64,000 nt of DNA, from positions 428,451 through 492,450 of the forward strand of contig CAVNZM010000017.1 of the NCBI GenBank assembly GCA_963693365.1, written 5' to 3'. The position numbers and the translations under genes were made by a program. Source of the stretch: Amoebidium appalachense. Taxonomy: Eukaryota; Protista; Ichthyosporea. The notes under the pieces are model-generated. The model did no database searches. It was not told the DNA's origin and saw only the letters and a program-made list of their open reading frames with translations. This document shows, one piece after another, positions 56,010 through 64,000 of this stretch; position 1 is the first letter of the stretch, and each line of letters starts with the position of its first letter.

Positions 56010-56810
56010 CTCCATTAGTGAGTAATTTCAACACTAAGCTCTAACTAAATGTTAGTATACTCTCCTGGCTAGATTTGTTCCGGGGGGAGCTAGGTATTAT
56101 AGGTAAACCCTTTTTTTATAAAGAACAATTTCAGCCATTTATAAAATACAAAACTTGTTACATGCACCTTATTTTCAAGTAAAATTTCGTGTCTTTCATA
56201 GCAAGTTTCTTAAAAATTTAAAACTCTATTAGTGAGGAATTTTAATACTAAGCTCTAACTAAATGGTAGGAGACCCCCCTCGTCAGCTAGCTTCCGGGGG
56301 GAGCTAGGTATTCGAGCTAAACCCTTTTTTTATAAAGAACAATTTCAGCCATTTATAAAATACAAAACTTGTTACATGCATCATATTTTCAAGTAAAATT
56401 TAGTGTCTTTCATAGCAATTTAATTTAAATTTTTAATCTCCATTAGTGAGGAATTTCAATAGTTAGCCCGTGCTATATGGTAGGAGACCCTCCTCGTCAG
56501 CTAGCTTCCGGGGGAGGAGCTAGGTATTCGAGCTAAACCTCTTAAATTTTGTGTGTATTTTTAAGTCATTGATGAATTACAAAAGTTGTTACATGCATCT
56601 TATTTTCAAGTAAAATTTAGTGATTTTCCTATAAACTTTATTTCTTTTCTTAAGCTCCATTAGTGAGTAATTTCAATAGTAAGCTCTAACTAAATGGTAG
56701 TATACTCTCCCGGTTAGGTAGCCTCTGGGGGGTATTAGGTATTATAGGCGCACCATTTCAGCTTTGTGTGCATTTTTAAGCCATTGACAAGAGACCAAAG
56801 TGGTTACATT
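56010..56810. repeat. ~215-bp degenerate tandem array, about four units
   Basis: Units start at 56010, 56224, 56438 and 56655 with CTCYATTAGTGAG and share GGGGG..TAGGTATT and TTACAT motifs. Confidence 0.85.
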
Positions 56811-56860
56811 AATCTCCCGCCTCTCAACATGGAGAGGTAAGGATGTTAATAAGATAATAA

Positions 56861-58766
56861 TTATTCAGCAAGTTGGGATTCTACTCAGCTAATATAGTCA
56901 GTAAGATTAACGGCTCTTACCGCGATTGGCATGAATCCGTGGTTGGCCCCGCAAATTTCAGAACACTGTCCATAATATAATCCTTCTCTTTTAATTAAGA
57001 AAGATGTTCCGTTAAGTCTTCCAGGAATTCCATCTATTTTCACTCCTAATGCTGGTACTGCTCAACTGTGTATTACATCAGCTGCTGTTACAATCACACG
57101 TATATGTGTATGAATTGGTAATACCACTTGGTTATCCACTTCTAATAAACGGAAGTCTCCTAATTCTAAATCCTCAGTAGGTACCATGTAAGAATCAAAC
57201 GCTAACGATGCATTAGTGTCTTTATCTACGATATAATCCGAGTACTCATACGATCAGTATCATTGGTGCGATCGACTGTACATTAAGCATCAAATAAATT
57301 GACACCCACAAGTGACCCAGTCTGTTGCGACAGGCAAAAAGAAATAAACTACCTACCGACAGTCTTGTTCTATTATCTAGATACTTATTGATAATAGAAT
57401 GTTAACTGTTTTCACTCGTGTCGCCAAAGGAAATAGTAACGACTTCCTTTAAGAATCCTGTCGGAAACTTAGAGATAAATACACTATTTGCTATTCAGTC
57501 TATTTATCTCACGACTATCCTATATATATGAGTGGCTTTATCTTAGATATCATCTAAAGTTAAATCCACAGTTAAGAGAACTTTAATACTTTTTAAAGCT
57601 AAATATTTATAATCCTAATTTATAGTGCATAGAAGAATGTAAATACGGTAATACGAGTTTTTTTAGAGTAGGCATTGAATTTATTTTTATATAGATAGAA
57701 TATTTATTCTTAATCCAGATCTTTTGAATTGTACAATCTAAGTGAAATTTATTCTTAAGAATATTAGTTAAAATCAATACTTCTTCATAACTAAAACTGT
57801 TGGTAGATAATCTAACTCCATAAGATGTTCATCCTCCATCGTCCATTATTCAAACAGCTAATGCTAATGGTGTAATATACCTTTCTAATTCGGCATGGAT
57901 TATCTTTAAACTCTTTTTGTAAAATTCTCCTTACTCATACAAGGTGAATTTGTAAAACAATTCGTGTACTCAATTCAAACTTCTAAATGTATAGGTGTTA
58001 AATTCATATCCGTAATATATTTTATTCTTTATTTATCTAGTGTATATTCTAGGCTCTAAATTAGAGCAATATCCTCTAGTTCAGAAAAACTGATATAATC
58101 AAAAAAGATAATCTTTATGAATTATACTTTGTCTATAACATATTCTTGTACCATTAATAGTTCTTCTGCTCGCATATGCGTCACCTAATAAAGAACCTAT
58201 TACTACTGATAATACATCGGAATTATGAGGACCTACACGATTAATGGCTTTTACTCTAGTGTGAAATGCACGTTTATGTATCAGGGATTTCATTAATTAA
58301 ATCCCACTTTAGCTTCGTATCCAAAAATACTATTTCTTTGACCCCAGGATGTTATGCCTGTGGTATCTCTTATTTTATTTAATTCATAGGATTTGGGGCC
58401 ACCTCTATGATCACCCACTGCTTTGATTGTAATAGCTGGATCAATTACTTCATCCATTAAATACAATAATTTGAACGATGGGAATGCAATAATGATTAAG
58501 ATTAATGCTGGTGTAATAGTTCATACGATTTCTAATCATGTCCCATGTGTCGCATATTTATACATTAATATTGTTCTATGATATTTTATTACAATGTTAG
58601 CTAACATTCATAATACCACAGTTAATACTATTATTTGATAAAAAAATAATTTATCGTGGAAGAAGATAATCTCTTCTGCTAATGATGAACCTGCATCTTG
58701 AAAATTTATTTGATATGGATGTGCCACATCTCATAATGCTATTACTTTATTTAATATTGTTAACAT
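56861..58766 (-). CDS. cox2: Cytochrome c oxidase subunit 2 (genetic code 4); exons 58413-58766 and 56861-57268
   Basis: [32 protein letters not shown]|HQWYWSYEY, DVIHSW, CuA motif [15 protein letters not shown]; no lesion seen. Confidence 0.97.
57269..58412 (-). ncRNA. Group I intron in cox2
   Basis: Upstream exon ends in U, intron ends in G, and the junction restores VG|HQW; contains a homing endonuclease ORF. Confidence 0.9.
57607..58293 (-). pseudogene. Degenerate double-motif LAGLIDADG homing endonuclease
   Basis: [10 protein letters not shown] and LALAVWIMDDG motifs in code 4; TAA at 58033-58035 and a 33-nt insertion with a stop at 57916-57957. Confidence 0.88.
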
Positions 58767-58934
58767 CTTCATTCTTTCCTGCTTGAGCCATCTTAGAGTT
58801 GTATTGAAACCCAAAGAGGAGGGGGACCTAATGATGTTCTTATGGGTATCTGGTCTTTTGTAAAATTCTCCTTACTCATACAAGGTGAATTTGTAGAGTC
58901 GATGCTGTTTAAGCTACAGTCGGAAAGCTATCTG

Positions 58935-59018
58935 TATCTCTGGTGAGACTCGAACTCACATCTCCAAAGGAGGACGATCTTTAAAATCGTTGCGTATAAC
59001 CAATTTCGCCACAGAGAT
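58935..59018 (-). tRNA. trnL: Mitochondrial tRNA-Leu(UAA)
   Basis: Acceptor stem ATCTCTG/CAGAGAT, anticodon stem ACGAT/ATCGT with TT-TAA-AG loop, long variable arm, GTTCGAGT T-loop. Confidence 0.88.
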
Positions 59019-59380
59019 GGATCGAGACATAATAGTCTCATAAAATTATTGAAAGCATAGCTGAAGCAATGAACTACGTAAATAGCTTCATTATGAACTA
59101 CGTTAATAGTTCCGTACTACTAAGCTAAAATCGTTAAAAATCTAACACCTGTAGCCTTATCAACAGAACGCTATCAGATATCTTCAATCCCATAGTTTCG
59201 ATCTTGAGATGATTTCAGATCTACTCTATTACAGCGTGGCTACTCAACTGTACAGATGTTATCCATAATTGATACACCATAGGCTGCAGATTTCTGATCC
59301 TTTCGTACAAAGAAATCTTTGGGAATAGATATCAAGAAGTGGCTAGAAGATGGAAAAAATACTGTTTCACAACGTATTGA

Positions 59381-59876
59381 CATTACCTGTAAAATTACAA
59401 ATTCGAACTAGAGTCTCAGTAGAGTCTTCTCGCTAAGAGAAAAGTCTTATGCTCTTGTCATCATACGACGACAAGCTCGTATAGTACTCGCATTAAAGTA
59501 GTTTGAATTTTACAAATTAACCTTGTATGAGTAAGGTTAATTTTACAAATATGGATCATATCTTTAAGAATAAATAGATTATTTATCTTACTTCGCGTGT
59601 GATCTCTGAGGATCCTACTTTGTTACACATGTAAGATTTGGTTTCCTGCTGATTGACCTGCTCTCTGTGTAAAGAGCTCTCTGTGTAGAGGGCTCTCTGT
59701 GTCGAGAGCTGTTGTACTTTGTTATTGTGACGACTAGGTACCAAATAACAAAGTTGTATATTTAAGATTATCACTCTTAGAGAGTACTTAAAGTTTTAGG
59801 TTGTTCCAGCATATAGCGAAGTTTTTAATATATATATGGCAAATTAAACTCTCCATTTATATCTGGGCTCACGTTG
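59381..59876 (-). ncRNA. Group I intron, rnl ~L2584
   Basis: GAGCTGGGT|...G|TCAATACG junction; P/Q/R/S-like core elements. Confidence 0.8.
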
Positions 59877-59956
59877 ACCCAGCTCAAGTACCTCTTTAAT
59901 CTACGAACAGTAGAACCCTTTCTAGCTTCTGCACCAGAAGGATGAGATTAGCCGAC

Positions 59957-60246
59957 CGAATGTGTTATCATAAGGCTCTTTATCCTTATTTCCACAATTT
60001 TCATTGTGGTCCAGACTATGTCTTCAACAATCTATATAATAATTGTTGCAGGGCGCTCGTGGGATGATTATTGGTCCTCTTAGTTCAAATGAATTTAGAG
60101 TAGAAAATCCTCACATCCTAGTCGTTGAACGTTCCTATGTACGTTATTCCTTTTCCATAGGCTTCGCTGCAAGTTGACATGTAATTAAATAATTATTTAG
60201 TCTTTCTTGACAATTCACCCTGTTTAACCTCAACTTTGGGTTTTCA
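59957..60246 (-). ncRNA. Group I intron, rnl ~L2504
   Basis: CGAT|...G|GTCGGCT; CAACGACTA and AAGACATAGTC core. Confidence 0.8.
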
Positions 60247-60250
60247 ATCG

Positions 60251-60664
60251 CGGATAGTTACTTTGTAAACTATTTGTCTTTAAGTAGCTTTTCTAATTAG
60301 TGCGCAGGCTCTCAGCCTAAGCTAGCTTGGTACTATGTACCTGCTCACGCACCAACTTTAAGAAGACAAATAATATACAAAGAAAGAATATGTACATATT
60401 CTTTAAACGGTTTCCCAGTTTGTTCAGACTATATTATCACTCAATAATAATATTGAGACAGAACGTATAGTCGTTGAGGATCCTACTAGTATATTAATTA
60501 CGTTGGTTTCCTGCTGATTGTCCATTGTTCATCCTCAAGATTTTCACTACTTAAATGGGTTCGATAAGAATAGGACAAATTTAAATGAGTACTTGTGGCT
60601 TTAGGAAATCCCAGCATACAGTTCTGTTCTACAGAAATATTACTATTTCTTCACCCCGATATCA
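60251..60664 (-). ncRNA. Group I intron, rnl ~L2500
   Basis: GGCACCT|...G|CGAT; CAACGACTA, ATATAGTC and AATCAGCAGG core. Confidence 0.8.
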
Positions 60665-60713
60665 AGGTGCCAAACCTAAGCTGCGATATGGACTCTTAGC
60701 TCAGATCAGCCTG

Positions 60714-61528
60714 TTCACGAAGTATAATCTAATTTACATTAGATCGAACTTCCAAGAACCGTACGTGCGACTTTCATCGCATACGGCTCACGCAATCATC
60801 AAGAGATTTAATCTATTAGATCCGGGTGTTACTAACACTCCGATATTATCTCTCCGGTTATTACACCACTGGTGCGCAGTACCAAGCTAGCTTAGGCAAT
60901 TCGCCTTGCGCACAGGTACACAGTACCAAGCTAGCTTAGGCAATTCGTCTTGCGCCCGTCAGATCACCTAGTTTAAGTCAGCAAGCTTTCACTTCGTAGC
61001 ATAACTACTATCTCCTCCATTACAGAAGAGCATTGCGAGTCCCAACGAGCTTGTCGTCGTATGATGACAAGAGCATAAGACTATTCTCTTAGCGAGAAAG
61101 CTCAAAAGAGACTCTTGCTTTTTAAACCTTCTTCTATCTCCTTGGCGATACGTTACTTCGCAATAACGCCTCTGTTTACAGAACCAATGAGACTTACCAA
61201 GTTCCTACACAAACACATTATAAGCGCCTTAGATTCTATACTATATATAAATAAGCATCGACGTTTAACTTACATCAGGGATGCATGCAAGCCTTCCTAT
61301 TTATACCTCTTCGTATAGTTCACTTTCGTTAATCATAGCACTTTTACATCATTCATAGCTTCGACTCTTTTCTCACGATTGTAGTCGTATGAACTAGTAC
61401 ACCCGTAAACGTTCAGGTGACAGAATTACACTGCATTGCTTGTGTAGACGCGAGTCCTTCGAGCGGAGGCTCTCTGTGACTCTTTCTTGTCGCTTGATGG
61501 AAGAATTCTTCCATATATAATCGTATTT
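60714..61528 (-). ncRNA. Group II intron, rnl ~L2449-2451, boundaries ambiguous by 2 nt
   Basis: Domain V GAGCCGTATGCGATGAAAGTCGCACGTACGGTTC at ~60757-60790; interrupts GGGGAT-AACAGG. Confidence 0.78.
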
Positions 61529-61882
61529 ATCCCCAACGTACCTTTTATTCATTGATCGCTTACTTCTCCTCGAAACATAAGCGGGTCACTAGAAGCTGCT
61601 TACACACCTGCTCGACTTGTAGGTCTCACAGTCAATCAAACTTATGCTCTTACACGACGCTACTCTCCAAGAGAAAAGTAGTAGTTTGACTTTCTATCCC
61701 TTTGTTACACTTTAAAAGGGTCTCGCCCCAAGAAAACTAACTGGCATGCAGTATTAAAGTTAAAGAAAGACTCATAATCAGAGGACGGTATTTCACTGTA
61801 GCTTGTCTCCGCTATTCCCGTCTATTCTACACTCAGATCTTCTTTAATATGTTACATGCCTATAGTAAAGGTGTAGGGGTCT

Positions 61883-62526
61883 GTTCCGATAGGTAGGCTT
61901 TCTCAAGCTTTCCCCCGGTAAGAACCGTACGTGCAACTTTCATCGCATACGGCTCAAGCACTAAAGTTTAAGGCTCTTTCATCTAGATGGTTTCCAAGAA
62001 GAAAGCTACTCATCTGGGTGTTCTGGGATTAATGAAATCCCGAATTAACAGGGGTGTAAATTAATGAACACCCCAGATAGTCACCTCCGCTAAAAACGGA
62101 TTTTAGCACCAAATGCAAGTTAGCACCTTTTCAGGTTAATTATTTAATCTATCTCCTACGTTACATAAGAGCCTTCGCTTTTTGCATTCTCCTTTATCTC
62201 CTTGGCGATACGTTACTTCGCAACAACGCCTCTGTTTACAGAACCAATGAGACTTACCCTGTTTCTAAATATGCACATCACGATTTCCTTAGGGTCCTAC
62301 TATACGTCTAGATTTTCTAATCTGTCAGATTGCGTACGAGAACACTCAATCTTTTAATCTAGTCGCTTCAACCGTAGATTCACTTTCATTACCCATAGAA
62401 ATCTAGTTTCAAAGCAGGCTTTACACACAAGTCTTACGGCTCATGCATACTGCTAGAAACTCGGAGGGACAGACTCCTCGGTGGAAACTAACTCCACATT
62501 ACATAATTAGACTTTGCAGGTCGCAC
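61883..62526 (-). ncRNA. Group II intron, rnl L2059, ORF-less
   Basis: GTGCGA 5' end, AC 3' end, domain V at ~61922-61955; junction ACGAGA|AGACCCC. Confidence 0.88.
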
Positions 62527-62642
62527 TCTCGTCTACCTAGCCATATTACCGCATCTGCACGGTTAATTCAATTTCATGGATTTGTTCTCAAAGACAGTCA
62601 AAGCATCGTTACGTCATCATGCAGGTCTCCAATTACGAGACA

Positions 62643-63024
62643 CCTTTGTGTTTCGCATTGGCTTAGTTCACCAATACGATCTGTTTACTCCTCGAATCTC
62701 TCAAAGATAAAAAACAGCTTAAGCTCACACTTAAGAGCGGACTATCTCATCAATGTTGTTTAAAACATAGCTTGGCGTATAGTCTCTGAGGATTCCACTT
62801 TCATACCTACCACTTTCTGTGGTATACACTTCCTGTGGTCGTGCTATGTATGAATTGGTTTCCTGCGGATTGCTCAATCCCGACCTTGAAATCGATTTCA
62901 AGGAGGCAGGACCATTACTTGGTCATACCAACGAAGTCTTACTGACAGTACTTAATTAGCTGTCGAGTCTCGTGGGCTCTAAGAGGATCTCCGCATATAG
63001 CCAAGTTTAACCTTCCCCTAGTTG
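62643..63024 (-). ncRNA. Group I intron, rnl ~L1943
   Basis: AATTCCT|...G|TGTCTCG; CAGAGACTA and GATAGTCCG core. Confidence 0.8.
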
Positions 63025-63036
63025 AGGAATTTCGCT

Positions 63037-63412
63037 CATGGCATCAGATTTATCATACCAATAAATTGACATGGGTGTAAATTAATAAATACCCAGTTAC
63101 CTGTCTCTTTAAAGGGTTAGAAAGGACTCTGACTTGATAATTTCTTTCGAAATCCATTAGAGTACACCTTAAACAAGAGAACTCATCCCTTGTCAACTAC
63201 CGTCTACTCGTTGCTCTTTTACAGTATAAAAATACTGACTTAGATCCGCGATATTCCATTTCTCTTTCGATCATCTTTTAACTTATTACCATACATGATT
63301 GATTAGATCATCCACTTTTAGCCTTTCGACTAAAGTTTGGTACCAAAAGCTTTAGGAGGTCTCCGGAATTTGATAGTTGTAGGCACGCGAGTGATGTCCT
63401 AAATCACAAAGC
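63037..63412 (-). ncRNA. Group I intron, rnl ~L1931
   Basis: GAAGGT|...G|AGCGAAAT; CAACGAGTA and GTGTACTC P7 pair. Confidence 0.8.
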
Positions 63413-63560
63413 ACCTTCGCATCCTCAGGAGTAGGACGCCTATCACTAGCCATTATACAGCCTACCGTTAAATAAGCTGATTTCAGGTACTAGCATTGAG
63501 GACACGTCATGTACTATACTTCCTCTTACGAGTTTGCAGTACACTGTGTTTTTGATAAAC

Positions 63561-63870
63561 ACCAAATGTTAATTTAATAGATATGATATATCATTAAACC
63601 TCCAGTTTAGGATAACAGCTATAGGACTATTAATCCAAACCAGCTTAGACTTTAATCTAAGAGCGGACTATATCTCCAATCTGCACGTATAACAGATTGT
63701 TTCGCATGTAGTCTCTGAGGATTCTATTAATAGATATTTTATCTAAATTAGTTTCCTGCGGATTTTCCAATACCAACGTTGTTTTACTGACAAAAGAAAA
63801 TCCCTGTCTAGTCCCGTGGGTTCTAAGGAGGTTCCCGCATATAGCGAAGTTTATAGTGGACCATTGTGTT
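63561..63870 (-). ncRNA. Group I intron, rnl ~L1775 (boundary +/-1 nt)
   Basis: Interrupts GCGACT-GTTTATCAAAAACACAG; CAGAGACTA and GATATAGTCCG core. Confidence 0.72.
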
Positions 63871-64000
63871 AGTCGCACTTTGCCATTCTCTGCGATACTA
63901 CTTTCTCAAGCAGTACATACCTTATTCCGAAGTTACGGTATTATTTGTGCCGAGTTCCTGTGAGAACATTCCATCCACGCCTTGACGCATTAACGTCTGT

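Larger units (their letters stand above)
55665..64000 (-). other. Mitochondrial-type DNA block (NUMT or assembly join)
   Basis: Abrupt switch to AT-rich DNA without microsatellites; cox2, trnL and rnl all on the minus strand; UGA=Trp. Confidence 0.93.
59090..64000 (-). rRNA. rnl: Mitochondrial LSU rRNA, 3' half, split by eight introns (5' part outside the window; 3' end approximate)
   Basis: Conserved segments GGAACTCGGCA, CCGTAACTTCGG, AGCGAAATTCCT, AGACCCC, GGGGAT/AACAGGCTGAT, TTTGGCACCT, GAGCTGGGT, TTGTACGAAAGGA. Confidence 0.95.

Noticed and set aside
55679-56810. Repeat arrays as a CRISPR-like locus
   Set aside because: Whole units repeat with no unique spacers, no cas genes, and a mitochondrial context
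58770-58930. Spacer between trnL and cox2 as rnpB, 5S rRNA or another tRNA
   Set aside because: No cloverleaf or RNase P P4 motifs recognised; partly explained by the hairpin element

Overview
Eukaryotic, intron-rich nuclear DNA full of (CA/TG)n and poly-C/G tracts, joined at ~55665 to mitochondrial-type DNA. A fused EPRS, UGA=Trp mtDNA and an intron-laden rnl point to a unicellular holozoan, probably an ichthyosporean (Amoebidium-like); this is inference. From left to right: (1) 23 coding exons of a glutamyl-prolyl-tRNA synthetase (minus strand, single WHEP, runs off the left edge); (2) a small divergent orphan gene ending in a LIR-like motif; (3) a Ngaro-type tyrosine-recombinase retrotransposon with split direct repeats, interrupted by a young non-coding LTR element; (4) a damaged rabenosyn-5/Vac1-like gene carrying a MITE and a full-length Ty1/copia element in its introns; (5) an intronless tandem AP2/ERF-domain ORF; (6) a truncated GcnA-like GH20 hexosaminidase gene; (7) a partial duplicate of the rabenosyn 3' region; (8) mtDNA with terminal-looking repeat arrays, cox2 with a group I intron and a dead LAGLIDADG ORF, trnL(UAA), and rnl with six group I and two group II introns, micro-exons and dispersed hairpin elements. 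Most ORFs in the supplied track are microsatellite artefacts. All boundaries and family calls were read by eye, without alignments or database searches.
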